Sequence record: DRR723986_3403
DNA: 64,000 nt
Reading direction: 5' to 3' (one strand)
Part shown: positions 36,888 to 47,487 of the stretch, in pieces
Numbering within the stretch: position 1 is the first letter of the stretch
Layout of the letters: every line of letters starts with the position of its first letter
Position numbers and translations under genes: made by a program
The notes under the pieces: generated by a model
Told to the model about the DNA's origin: nothing
The model's database searches: none
What the model saw: only the letters and a program-made list of their open reading frames with translations

Positions 36888-39767
36888 ATGAATATTCGAC
36901 GATCTACAACTATGCAGTCGGCCTTGGCCGCTTGTGCAATGCTGCTGACAACCACCGGCGTTGTCGCTTCTCCTGTCGAGGCGGAGGCGTTGCGGATTCT
37001 GAATCGCTACTGCGCCGGTTGCCACAATGCAAACGACGCGGAGGGAGATTTCTCGTTGGCCGATTACGCTTCTTTAATGAAGGGCACGGCGGCGGGCAAA
37101 GTGATTGTTCCTGGTGATCCAGCGGGCAGCAAACTACTGCAGCTAATGACAGGAGATCTGGAGCCAGCGATGCCTCCCGAGGACGAAGATCAGCCGAGTG
37201 CATCCGAGATCGATCTCGTCCGCAAATGGATCTCCGAAGGCGCGACAGGGCCCTCGACTACGCAACCGATGCAAATTGATGTCCCGAAGCTGCCGCCTGC
37301 ACAGACAACCTACGTCGGAAGCGCTTGCTCGATTAATGGCAACACTGCCATTGGATCGCTCGGCCAAGTACAGCTAATTGAAGCTGGATCCGCAGAACCG
37401 ATTTGGACCGTTTCGGACCTCCCCGGTAAAGTCAACTCACTGCGACTCTCCAGTCAAGGGGATCTTGTCGCCGCCACCGGACTCACCGGAGTCGGGGGCC
37501 TGGTTGTTGTGATTGACCCTAGCTCAGGGCGAGTCCTGAAAGAGTTTGAAGGCCATGCCGATGCAGTTTACTGTGCAGCCTTGTCTCCCGACGGGCAATT
37601 GCTCGCTACCGGCTCCTATGACCGGAAAATCCTGATTCGGGATGCGCGCTCGGGCGAGTTGCTGCACGAGTTGACCGGACATAATGGAGCTATCTACGAC
37701 CTTGATTTTTCGAGTGACGGTCGTCTACTCGTAACAGCCAGTGCTGACCAGACTGTAAAACTGTGGAGTGTGCCTGAGTTTCAACGTTTGGATACGTTCG
37801 GTCAGCCCGAGGGCGAAGTCTACTGCGTTCGCTTCAGCAGCGATGGTGAATTTGTGATTGCAGGCGGTGCCGATCGCCAGATACGTAAATGGAAAGTGGT
37901 GTCACGAGACAAGCCCGCTATTAATCCCATGGTCCGCGCGGTCTACGCACATGAATCAGCATTGCAGGTTTTGGTTGTCACAGAAAAAGTCGTCGTATCG
38001 GCCGCCAACGATACCGAAGTAAAGCAGTGGAACGCCGACACGCTTGCCCCTCTTGGAACGGCTCAAAAACTCACCGGTATTCCAGTCGCTTTAGACGTTT
38101 CTGCCAACGGGACTTCGATCGCCGTAACGCTGACTGGCAACGTTCAACAAATCGCGTTAGCGGAGGCCGCTGGACCTAAGGTAGTCGACGCGAGCGGCAC
38201 ATCGAACACGCCCAAGATTGAAGTAACTGCAGGAGAAGCAAGGACAGCCAAAGCGGCGTCCTATGATGAGCGCGAGATGCAGGATAACCGCGAGATCCAA
38301 CTGCCAGCAAAGATCGCTGGCGTGATCAGTGCTGCACAGGAGCGCGACACGTACGCATTCAACGCTAATGCGGGGGAGAATTGGATTTTCGAAGTAGACA
38401 CTCCCAAGAATTCACCGCTGGACAGTTGGCTTGAAGTCTTGGACCAGGACGGCAAGAGCGTTCTGCGAACCAGGCTGCAAGCGGTCCGAGAATCGTACTT
38501 CACCTTCCGCGGAAAAGACAGCAGCACATCAGACGACTTTCGCATGCACCGGTGGGAAGACATGGAACTGGACGAGTACCTTTACTCCAGCGGCGAAGTG
38601 ACACGGCTTTGGCTCTACCCCCGTGGGCCAGACTCCGGATTCAAGGTCTACCCTGGCACTGGAGCTCGGCACACGTTCTTTGGGACAACGCCCATTTCCC
38701 ACGCTTTGGGTGAACCGGCGTATATCGTTCGCCAACTTGCCGCAGAAGAAACACCACTTCCGAATGGATTGCCGGTCTTCCCGATCTACTTTGAGAATGA
38801 CGACGATCCACTTCGCCGAATTGGCAAGGACTCGCGTCTAACCTTTACTGCTCCTCGCACCGGACAGTATCAATTACAAGTTCGTGACGCCCGTGGTTTT
38901 GGCGGCCCCGATTTTGAATACAAAATTGATCTGCGAGTGGCTCGACCGGACTTTGACATCAAAGTCCAAGGTGGCAACCTCAGCGTGGCACCTGGTAGCG
39001 GGAGTGAATGGACTGTGACTGCAACCAGGAAAGATGGCTTGAGCGGGCCCATTCGGATCAACTTGTCCGGATTGCCAGAAGGTTTCGTTGCGACAAATCC
39101 TCTTATCATCGAAGAGAACCAAGCCATGGCACGCGGTACGATTTACGCGACCAAGCAAGCGCTCGTTTCGATGCAGTTGCCGGAAGGCAACGAACATGCG
39201 TCCGGCGAGGATGTCGAAGCTTCAGAGGAAAATCTTGACGACCAGGAACCGAAAGACGAATCCGCCGAAAAGGCTGAGAACAATGAGAATCCCCCGAAGT
39301 ATCAAACGGTAGAGATCCAGCTAAGTGCCGTTGCGGAAGCTGCCGGCGGCAAACTTGAGAAGGAATTGCCGCCACTGAAGTTGACACTGACGGACACCAA
39401 GCAATTGCAGTTCCGAGTGGTCTCCCTAGATGGACAACCTGTCGAGCGACTTACGATTGCACCCGGAGAAACTATCTCCGCCAAGATCATTCTTAGTCGG
39501 AATGGAGATAAGTCCGCGGTGAGCTTCGGGAAAGACGATTCCGGTCGCAATTTGCCGCACGGGGCCTACGTCGACAATATTGGACTGAACGGCTTGCTTA
39601 TCCCGGCGCAATATAATGAACGCGAGTTTTTCATTACTGCAGCCCCCAAACTGCGTCCAGGTACGGTGACCCAATTTCACCTGCGAACTGCGGCAAAGGG
39701 GAATGCCACCTCGCGGCCCATCACGATTGAGGTCGTTCCTCCCATGACCAGTCGCACTCCTCGATAG
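36888..39767 (+). CDS. Planctomycete cytochrome c domain + WD40 repeats + pre-peptidase C-terminal-like domains
   Basis: CAGCH haem motif with MPP..WISEGA; GHADAVY..SYDRKI and GHNGAIY..SADQTVKLW WD repeats; ERDTYAF and ENDDD..DSRLTFTAP. Confidence 0.87.
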   Translation: MNIRRSTTMQSALAACAMLLTTTGVVASPVEAEALRILNRYCAGCHNANDAEGDFSLADYASLMKGTAAGKVIVPGDPAGSKLLQLMTGDLEPAMPPEDEDQPSASEIDLVRKWISEGATGPSTTQPMQIDVPKLPPAQTTYVGSACSINGNTAIGSLGQVQLIEAGSAEPIWTVSDLPGKVNSLRLSSQGDLVAATGLTGVGGLVVVIDPSSGRVLKEFEGHADAVYCAALSPDGQLLATGSYDRKILIRDARSGELLHELTGHNGAIYDLDFSSDGRLLVTASADQTVKLWSVPEFQRLDTFGQPEGEVYCVRFSSDGEFVIAGGADRQIRKWKVVSRDKPAINPMVRAVYAHESALQVLVVTEKVVVSAANDTEVKQWNADTLAPLGTAQKLTGIPVALDVSANGTSIAVTLTGNVQQIALAEAAGPKVVDASGTSNTPKIEVTAGEARTAKAASYDEREMQDNREIQLPAKIAGVISAAQERDTYAFNANAGENWIFEVDTPKNSPLDSWLEVLDQDGKSVLRTRLQAVRESYFTFRGKDSSTSDDFRMHRWEDMELDEYLYSSGEVTRLWLYPRGPDSGFKVYPGTGARHTFFGTTPISHALGEPAYIVRQLAAEETPLPNGLPVFPIYFENDDDPLRRIGKDSRLTFTAPRTGQYQLQVRDARGFGGPDFEYKIDLRVARPDFDIKVQGGNLSVAPGSGSEWTVTATRKDGLSGPIRINLSGLPEGFVATNPLIIEENQAMARGTIYATKQALVSMQLPEGNEHASGEDVEASEENLDDQEPKDESAEKAENNENPPKYQTVEIQLSAVAEAAGGKLEKELPPLKLTLTDTKQLQFRVVSLDGQPVERLTIAPGETISAKIILSRNGDKSAVSFGKDDSGRNLPHGAYVDNIGLNGLLIPAQYNEREFFITAAPKLRPGTVTQFHLRTAAKGNATSRPITIEVVPPMTSRTPR

Positions 39768-39842
39768 CAGCCGGATATAAGCCTGCTCGACAACAGCCTG
39801 CCTGCTCGACAAATCCAGCGGTCGCTTCCGGAGAACAGACTA

Positions 39843-41111
39843 ATGCGTTCACTCTGTTCCGTCGGCTTTGTGGTGGCAATCACACTTTGCTCCGCGCGCC
39901 CAAGCAGCGCGGAACCGCCCAAGGTTCTCCGACCATTGGTTCAGCACTTAATAAAAGCCTCGCAAGGAGACGGGCTGTCCAATTACTACCAGGCCTATGT
40001 ACTTACCAGGGCAGCGTCCGCTGCCAAGGAATTGGGGGATGCGGCTCTCGCAAACCAACTTCTCGATGAATGCCTTGAACGCCTATCCTCCGATCCCAAG
40101 GTTATGTCCGGCTGGAGTTTGACGGCTGACTGCGCTGTAGACCTCGGGCGATTGCACGATCTCGAAAAGATTGCGACGAGTCGCGACGACCTAACTGATT
40201 CGTTCCACGAAGCCTATCTGCTAGCACGACTTCGTACTGGTGACGACAAAGCGCTCGAGCAATATCTAGCTCGCAAACCGAAGATTATCACTTTCTATGA
40301 CGGGCTGAATGTGGCTAAAGCGTTCACAAAATCTGGGCAGTACGAAAAGTGTGATGAATTTGTCCAAGCAACTCAAATCACCGAAGAGAACTCGCCCGTA
40401 GACATGATCACGATCGCCTACGAGAACATCGCTAGGAAACTGCTGAAGGAAGGGGATCGCAAGGCTGCTGCCGTTTGGGCCAAAAAAGCTTTCGAAGTTG
40501 GTGGCAGGCAGTTTTACACCGGCTATGGTGCCGAGGTTTTGCATCGCCAGTTGCAGGGCACGCTTACGAAGGACTATGAGGCACTGGCCCGCCGCGCGCT
40601 GGCGTATCGCGGCCACATGGCTCAGGAACTAACGCTTACTTACACCAGTGCGCTCGTCGCGAACGGCCACTACGAAATCGCACGTAAGGTTGCCAAGGGC
40701 TTAGACGATCCAAACGATCAAGAGAGTGTCTTGCGAAGCATCATTGTTGCCCAAGCCCAAGGCGGGGACTTTCGTGGGGCCTTCAGTGTGGTGCGTGACC
40801 TCAAATCCAACGCAGCAAAGAATTCCGCGCGGCTTGCAATTGCCCTGGGGTTTGCACGGGCAGGACGCGAACAATCCGCACGCGAAATTGCAGACCAGTT
40901 GCATTCCAAGGTAAGAGAACAAATCCTGAATCAAGCCGCGCCCGACGAAGAGCAAAGGAATCGCTTAGAGGCATCCATAGCGCTGCTTCTCGGGATCTAC
41001 GCCGTGCTCGACGATGTCGCAATGACCGAACAGGTGATTGCGATTGAGGGAAGCGACAAGTTGAAGACGACTAGAATCATCAAAGGGATCGAAGAACTCG
41101 TCCGCGATTAA
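39843..41111 (+). CDS. Secreted alpha-helical (TPR-like) hypothetical protein
   Basis: 422 aa, signal peptide, Ala/Leu-rich helical repeats. Confidence 0.7.
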   Translation: MRSLCSVGFVVAITLCSARPSSAEPPKVLRPLVQHLIKASQGDGLSNYYQAYVLTRAASAAKELGDAALANQLLDECLERLSSDPKVMSGWSLTADCAVDLGRLHDLEKIATSRDDLTDSFHEAYLLARLRTGDDKALEQYLARKPKIITFYDGLNVAKAFTKSGQYEKCDEFVQATQITEENSPVDMITIAYENIARKLLKEGDRKAAAVWAKKAFEVGGRQFYTGYGAEVLHRQLQGTLTKDYEALARRALAYRGHMAQELTLTYTSALVANGHYEIARKVAKGLDDPNDQESVLRSIIVAQAQGGDFRGAFSVVRDLKSNAAKNSARLAIALGFARAGREQSAREIADQLHSKVREQILNQAAPDEEQRNRLEASIALLLGIYAVLDDVAMTEQVIAIEGSDKLKTTRIIKGIEELVRD

Positions 41112-41120
41112 TTCGGAATT

Positions 41121-44100
41121 CTAGCGATTGGCGCCGTAAATCTTCTTGATGGCATCACGAGGATTCGGAGGTAGTCCTCCCTGACCTGGCTCCAGCGGAT
41201 TCGTTCCTGGACCGCCTTGTGTTGAATCGAAAGACCATCCGCTAAATCCAGGCAAGATGCTTACCTCAAACGTGTCTGGATTGAATACCGCCTCTCGAAC
41301 GGACGCTCTCCCGCGTCCCTTGCCTTCTCGATACTGGAACAGCTCCGCATCGCGACGGCCATCTCCCCGAAGTATTACTTGGTTCTTCGCTTGATCGAAG
41401 ACGAGTTCGTAGCCGTTGCCCTCGTACTGGCCAGAGTCCGCTAGGCCTTCGAAAGTCACGTTGCCTCGTGCTTGATAGGCCCATGCATCGGAGGTTGTCT
41501 GTTTGCCTGTTACCAGGCGGGTAATGTCGCTGGTTTCATACAACCTCAATTGATCGCATGCCAACCAACCTTGGCCTGTCTTGAGACGGCGTATCTTGTA
41601 CAAATCCACTTCTTCATCAAGGGAAGCGATCGGACTTGTCAGCAGCTCAACCTTCCCCTCAAGTACAATCTCGTTGCGATCCATCAGGGCGACCATCTCG
41701 TCGCGGAAGACAAGATGCGATCCCATCCATTGTTGGGTGTGAGTCTCTCGCCCCTCGGCATCTTTGGTTTTCTTCTTGGATAGGTTCCAAGAATGAAGTG
41801 AACCAGGCCCGCGACCAACCAACTTGCTAGAGTCAGGCATAATACGCAATTCTGGCACAGCAAGATGTTCGTAGTTCCTCTTGCGGCCTTCGAAGTCAAA
41901 CTCGAGTGCATGAACTTTCACTGCACCGGTGAGCGCCAGAACGTCCACTTCAACATCTTCGGACGTTTCCTCACCAATAATCAGCGGCGGACCAGCCAAG
42001 AGAACGTTCAGGTCGTCAGATTCCGTCTCGACATGCCAAATCGTGTCTTCTTTACCACGTAGCTTTGATTCTATTTCGACGGCATCCTTGATTCGAACGT
42101 TCTGGCCATCGAAGTACATGCCGCCGGTCCAATTCACCACTGGGGCTTCGATCCACTTGGCGGACTGCGTTAGACTTCGACTATCACGACCGATCGGAGC
42201 AGAAGTCATTGTCCCAACCGATGTCGGCACGTCGAGTTCAACGGGCAATCGCATCTGCCCGGCACCGTCCATCCAGACTAGGTTGCGTTTTTGGTCGATG
42301 TGAATTGCACCGCCGACCAACTCGCCGGTACCGAATTGAACCCTAGAAGGAGCCCCCGCAATTTCGACGTCGGCGTTGTTTGCCCGATCGGTAAACAAGC
42401 TGAGGTGGTCGCCCCATATCTGCCACTCCTTGGGCTGATCTGGCTGCTGATTCTCTGAGTCTTGCCACAGGCTCAATGGACCAGCCATTTGCAGGTCGTC
42501 GATCCAGGCGTCTTTGCCAGCGAGTATTACGGTCGCCTGTACTTCTTCGGCCTTTAGGCTGACTGGCAGGTTTTCCTGTTGGCGAGCTACGGTGATTTCG
42601 CCGGGAGCATTTTCTTCCGGAGTTCCTGGTGGACCAACCCACTGGTACATACCCTGCCCCGCGGAGTTGCTCAACTGCATGTCGGATTCTGCAGTGCTCC
42701 CCGGCACAACCGAGTCGCTAGATGCTGACGCCTGCTCTGGGTACAGCAGGCTAATCATTGCTCGATTAAAGTTTGCTTGGAGCCGATCACCGCTTAAGAC
42801 TACATCGCCGAGTGCTTGAATGTGTTCTGGCCGGTAGCTTTCTTTGGGTTGTCCGTCTGCATCCGCCGAGAGCGTTTTTCGCAGCCGGACGTCGAAGTTC
42901 GTACTTGTGAGAATGCCGTGCTGACTATTTCGGATCAGCGTCTGGCCAGTTAGCAAGACCTGTTGTTGCGTTGGATCGTTGGTCGGTCGCATCACTAGGG
43001 CGTCGGTCCAGCGCACGTGGGTTGTGCCCAAACGCCGTTCAGAGTGTTCGACATTGACTTCGCCCGGACCTTCGGCCACCAGAACACCTAAGTGCTCCGC
43101 CTTGCGGCCCTTGTCCCGCCCGTTGGCATCGTATTCGATACTTGGTGCCCAGAACTCATGCCCCTGATAACCAAGCCGTACCATGGACTGCGTCGCACCG
43201 GGTAGGCTGAGTTGACCACTCAAGTTGATCCGTTGTTCGATCAAGTCTGCCTTGAGTGCTTTGGCTGAAACGAATGCGCCAATTGACGGCGCGTGAATCT
43301 CGACCTTCTTTTCACCGTAAAATTCCTTTAGTTCGTCGACGCCCAACGCCTCGACCAGCGTGAGACGCATGTCGCCAAACTCTGGCAAGTCGTCGAGCTC
43401 AGGAGGGAGTTCTTCTGAGTCCAAGAATTTCGTGCGAAGTTCTTGGCACGCGAATTCGTCGCGTATGACCGACGCGGTAGTTCCATCGCCGAAGACTTGG
43501 TGGATCTGCACACCGTCAGACAGCGACGCAGTCGAGCGTCGGAAGTCAAAAGTAAAACGACCACTGCAGAAAAGATCGATGCGTGCGGGCAAGTTGCGTA
43601 CATCGGTCCGGTCTTTGAAGATCCCAGACGACAACGAACTCCAAAGCCCGCCTGTTGGCATGTCGACTTTAAATTCTTCGATTCGGTAGACTTCCAGACG
43701 ATCTAGTGGTCCGGTTCCTGAATCGCTACTTCCACTAAACAGTCCACCGAGCAAGTCAATCCGAAGTTCGCGACCTCGAATCAATCCCTCGGGCCAGTCG
43801 ATTCGAACCTCAGCTCCGGTAGAAACTCGGCCACGATCGATAACCACATCGCGGGTCGTCAACTCCCACGGCTGCTCTTCGATCCCGTGCACGCTCTGAC
43901 GTGTAATCTTAATCGGGCCGGATAGCGTACCACTTTCGATCGTCGGTATCGGATCGCCAGACTGAACGTTGAAGTTCTGCGCGACGTTGATCGTTGCACC
44001 TTCGCTTGCGCTGACTACCCAGGCACCTTCGACGGCCGGCGGCGTCTTGCTGTCCCCATTTGGTTGATCATCGTTCAGAAAGGGGATGATGATGGTCAGC

Positions 44101-44381
44101 GGTTTGAGCTGAAGTGTCTTCGGGCTTGTCTGCTCGAACGTTTTCGCAAGCAAGATGCCTCTGCGATTCATGAGCAGTGTTGGCGTTTGTCGCTGCCAAG
44201 AATCCTCGGTAAAGAAGGCTTCCCACCATCGATCTACCGGCCCAGAAACGTTGGTTGTGGGAATTGCCTGGCGAACAACTCCAGGCGGCTCGACGTGTGG
44301 CCGGACGAAAAGCGCATACGCCCCCAGTAGGAGCAAGATAAGCCCCAATGCGGAGAAATAGCTTTTCCAGAAGGCCAGCAA
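41121..44381 (-). CDS. Giant membrane-anchored beta-rich protein with OstA/LptA-like repeats
   Basis: N-terminal TM helix and recurring A-x-G-x-V motifs. Immediately downstream of kdsD-kdsC. Confidence 0.7.
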   Translation of the reverse strand: MLAFWKSYFSALGLILLLLGAYALFVRPHVEPPGVVRQAIPTTNVSGPVDRWWEAFFTEDSWQRQTPTLLMNRRGILLAKTFEQTSPKTLQLKPLTIIIPFLNDDQPNGDSKTPPAVEGAWVVSASEGATINVAQNFNVQSGDPIPTIESGTLSGPIKITRQSVHGIEEQPWELTTRDVVIDRGRVSTGAEVRIDWPEGLIRGRELRIDLLGGLFSGSSDSGTGPLDRLEVYRIEEFKVDMPTGGLWSSLSSGIFKDRTDVRNLPARIDLFCSGRFTFDFRRSTASLSDGVQIHQVFGDGTTASVIRDEFACQELRTKFLDSEELPPELDDLPEFGDMRLTLVEALGVDELKEFYGEKKVEIHAPSIGAFVSAKALKADLIEQRINLSGQLSLPGATQSMVRLGYQGHEFWAPSIEYDANGRDKGRKAEHLGVLVAEGPGEVNVEHSERRLGTTHVRWTDALVMRPTNDPTQQQVLLTGQTLIRNSQHGILTSTNFDVRLRKTLSADADGQPKESYRPEHIQALGDVVLSGDRLQANFNRAMISLLYPEQASASSDSVVPGSTAESDMQLSNSAGQGMYQWVGPPGTPEENAPGEITVARQQENLPVSLKAEEVQATVILAGKDAWIDDLQMAGPLSLWQDSENQQPDQPKEWQIWGDHLSLFTDRANNADVEIAGAPSRVQFGTGELVGGAIHIDQKRNLVWMDGAGQMRLPVELDVPTSVGTMTSAPIGRDSRSLTQSAKWIEAPVVNWTGGMYFDGQNVRIKDAVEIESKLRGKEDTIWHVETESDDLNVLLAGPPLIIGEETSEDVEVDVLALTGAVKVHALEFDFEGRKRNYEHLAVPELRIMPDSSKLVGRGPGSLHSWNLSKKKTKDAEGRETHTQQWMGSHLVFRDEMVALMDRNEIVLEGKVELLTSPIASLDEEVDLYKIRRLKTGQGWLACDQLRLYETSDITRLVTGKQTTSDAWAYQARGNVTFEGLADSGQYEGNGYELVFDQAKNQVILRGDGRRDAELFQYREGKGRGRASVREAVFNPDTFEVSILPGFSGWSFDSTQGGPGTNPLEPGQGGLPPNPRDAIKKIYGANR

Positions 44382-44429
44382 GTAGATAACCCTAGTTCAT
44401 TAATGTGTGTACCGTTGTGGCATGCTGTT

Positions 44430-44951
44430 CTACTGCGGTATGCACTGCTGCCACAATCCTTTTTGGATGAGTAAGTGGCGAACTAATTCACGCACCGCTC
44501 CCTTTCCACCAAGGGATTTAGTGCACCACTTCGCAATCTCTCTTACTTCCGGCGCGCCGTCTGCAACGGTCACCGGCAGAGCAACCTTTTTCATTACTGG
44601 CATGTCGGGAAAGTCGTCGCCCACGTAGCACGTTTGCTCGGCAGTGATTCCTGTGGCTTCCCAAATCTCCATCGCCGCGGGCAGCTTCGATGCAAACCCT
44701 TGCTTTATGTGCTTTATTCCAAGCTCCTCGCCTCGCCGCTCGACAACTGTCGACTTGCGGGCAGTCAAGATCGCAAATTCGAATCCTTGTTTCTGCCAAA
44801 GCTTGATCCCAAGTCCATCTCTGACGTGAAACGATTTTGTTTCTGATCCGTCAGACGCATAAGTGATGGAACCATCGGTCAGGATGCCATCCACGTCTGA
44901 AATGATCAGCCGAATATCTTGATACGGAATGTTGTCGCCTGTATTGCTCAA
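44430..44951 (-). CDS. kdsC: 3-deoxy-D-manno-octulosonate 8-phosphate phosphatase
   Basis: SDVDGILTDG, FHVRDGLG, YVGDDFPD and GGKGAVRE. Confidence 0.95.
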   Translation of the reverse strand: MSNTGDNIPYQDIRLIISDVDGILTDGSITYASDGSETKSFHVRDGLGIKLWQKQGFEFAILTARKSTVVERRGEELGIKHIKQGFASKLPAAMEIWEATGITAEQTCYVGDDFPDMPVMKKVALPVTVADGAPEVREIAKWCTKSLGGKGAVRELVRHLLIQKGLWQQCIPQ

Positions 44952-45010
44952 GTTCAGGGTCTCATCGCGGGTCGTCGGCTTGTGAGCCGCGCAAATTGGT
45001 GTGTTGGTAT

Positions 45011-46096
45011 CTAGCTGAAGATCGGGATAACATCAGCATCGTCGTTGCTGGTGCGATGATCGGTTTGAGTGCTTGGCGTTATCAATTCGATGACATCGGT
45101 TACGTCAATGATTCCGCAGGGGCGATTATCCTCATCAACCACCGGCAGTTCGCTAATCTTCGAACCGGACAAGATCTTGACCGCGTCGGTCAGCATGGCC
45201 GCTCGACCGACTGATTTTCCGCCACGGCTCATGACACTCGCAACGGGCTTTTCAAGCACCGATTCCGAACGATTCTGTTCTAGCAGCCGGGCGAGATCAC
45301 TGTCGGTGAAGATGCCGGCCAAGGCGCCCGATTTGTCCACCAGCATAATGGCCCCCGTGCGGCGACCAGGTTTGCTGACCGAAATCATCACATCGCGAAT
45401 CGATGCAGAACACTCCGCAATCCGGCATTCGCTCAACGGTCGCATCACGTCGGCAACTTTGGACAGCCGCTTGCCAAGGCTGCCACCCGGATGAAACCTT
45501 GCAAACTCGTTTTCGGTAAACTTGCGCTGCTCACTAGCGATAAGTGCAAGTGCGTCACCAACGGCCATCATTGCGGTTGTTGAACTAGTCGGTGCAAGGT
45601 TTAGTTTACAAGCCTCGGCGTGTTTGCCGAGCAGGATTGCACAATCCGCCTGATCTGCGAGAGTGCTCTCTGGCTTCGCCGTGATAGCAATGCACCGCCA
45701 AGCAGACTCTCGAACCGATGGGAGCAACCGGGTGATTTCCTCTGTCTCGCCACTGTAGGAAAGTACAATCACGACGTCGCACGCTTGCAGAACACCAAGG
45801 TCGCCGTGAACGGCTTCACTCGGGTGCATGAATGTGCTTGGCGTGCCAGTGGACGAGAGGGAAGCAGACAGTTTTTGAGCAACAATGCCCGCTTTGCCAA
45901 TTCCACATGTCACCACTTTGCCACGGCATCGGAGGATCAAGTCAACGGCTTCTTCGATTGAATCTCCCAGCCCATCAGCGACTCGCTGTAGGACCGAGAT
46001 TTCGTCTGCGATGATCTCGCGGGCACGCGACACGATTGTTGTCGCTTCAGAAGCTGGCCGCCGAGCGTCTGCGGTCTGTGAGGGCTGTGCGCTCAT
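45011..46096 (-). CDS. kdsD: Arabinose-5-phosphate isomerase (KpsF/GutQ, SIS plus CBS)
   Basis: GIGKAG, STGTPS, EAVHGDLG, SYSGETEE, LAPTSST and FHPGGSLG. Start at ATG 46096 with an AGGAG RBS (ORF track begins at 46174). Confidence 0.93.
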   Translation of the reverse strand: MSAQPSQTADARRPASEATTIVSRAREIIADEISVLQRVADGLGDSIEEAVDLILRCRGKVVTCGIGKAGIVAQKLSASLSSTGTPSTFMHPSEAVHGDLGVLQACDVVIVLSYSGETEEITRLLPSVRESAWRCIAITAKPESTLADQADCAILLGKHAEACKLNLAPTSSTTAMMAVGDALALIASEQRKFTENEFARFHPGGSLGKRLSKVADVMRPLSECRIAECSASIRDVMISVSKPGRRTGAIMLVDKSGALAGIFTDSDLARLLEQNRSESVLEKPVASVMSRGGKSVGRAAMLTDAVKILSGSKISELPVVDEDNRPCGIIDVTDVIELITPSTQTDHRTSNDDADVIPIFS

Positions 46097-46772
46097 AGTC
46101 CCCTCTCCTCCTGAAATGGGCTCGAAATCCGGCGTACTAACGGTCCAGGCATCCTGCCTGGTGGGTGAATCCACAGCAACCAGTCAACTTTCTGCTCTCG
46201 ACCAAAGCCCCCGCCGATCGGCTGCCACTATGAATGAGGCAGAGAATGTCGGGTGAATGGTGCTGCAGACGCAAGGTTGGGTGTTTGCTATTTGGATACG
46301 GGCATCACGCATTTTGTGCGCAGAGTAGCCCTCGGGGATTCTAGACAAGTCGCAAATCCAGGGCAATCGGAATGCTTGGTCGCAATTGCTACGGCCCTGT
46401 AAACCGGCTATTTGGCCTCTCAGGGACTGAAACTGCCGATGCTAGCAATCAATCAGCGTAATGACCTGCGCAAATTGGCATCTTCAGTAAATGTGGGGGA
46501 CAGAAAGCTACGCATTAGCCGACCTCTGGAGGAGGGGTTGGGCTAGCGTGCTGACCATTAAAAGGCAAAATCTAACGGGTAGATAATCTGGGAAGCGTTA
46601 ATACACTGGATCGGTAGCAGTTATCCTGGGTCGCTGGAAGTCGGTTTCTTCCTCGTATTTTGGCGACTGCTGACTCGAATTGCCGCTCTGGCCCGCCGTG
46701 CTTCTCAAACTTCAAGACAGCTAACTTATCGAGCAGCGCCCGCTGGCGGTAAGTATTCGTGAGGCAAACCGA

Positions 46773-47390
46773 GTGAAGTTCATCGGTGACAAATTCCGGC
46801 ACTTGTGGAAGCGCATTCGCGACTTCTGCGTTTACAAAGTGCTGCACGCCGATGATCCGCCGCACCGGCTCGCGCTCGGAATCGCTGTCGGCATGTTTGT
46901 CACCTTTATGCCTGCGGTCGGGCTGCAAATGGTGCTGTCGGTTTTTATTGCTTGGATGCTGCGAGCGAATAAGTTGGTCGGCGTGCCGCTAGTTTGGATT
47001 TCCAATCCAGTCACGATCGTGCCAATTTACTATCCGTGTTACTTGCTTGGGTGCAAAATGCTGGGCACCGCAGCGGTAAGTGACGATTGGGCCAAGTTGG
47101 AGGCGGGCTGGCAAGCAATGCAGGCCGACAAGTCTGCGACTTGGTGGAACCGGATCGAATTCGGCTGGCAAAGCATCATGGATGTCCTGTGGCCGCTAAG
47201 CCTCGGCTGCTTAGTCGTCGGTCTCACGGCAGCAGTTTTGTCGTACTACGTTTCTCTATTTGCAATTCGTAGTTATCGCATTCGCCGCTGGGGGCAACTC
47301 ATGCCACCAGGCCTATCGCCAGCACGTGAAGACGAACAACTCGAAGATGGTTTCCCAAAGGCGGAACAGGATCCCAAGAACGCCGCTTAG
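46773..47390 (+). CDS. DUF2062 family membrane protein
   Basis: DDPPHRLALGIAVGMF..P..GLQ..RANK..WISNPVT. Confidence 0.85.
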   Translation: MKFIGDKFRHLWKRIRDFCVYKVLHADDPPHRLALGIAVGMFVTFMPAVGLQMVLSVFIAWMLRANKLVGVPLVWISNPVTIVPIYYPCYLLGCKMLGTAAVSDDWAKLEAGWQAMQADKSATWWNRIEFGWQSIMDVLWPLSLGCLVVGLTAAVLSYYVSLFAIRSYRIRRWGQLMPPGLSPAREDEQLEDGFPKAEQDPKNAA

Positions 47391-47487
47391 TAAACCACAT
47401 TCATCAGTGACTCGGCCGTTGCGAATGTCCCTGACGAGAACTTTTCAGGCTTCTGCTTGTGGCGGAGCTAGGTTGCACAAGCCAGCC

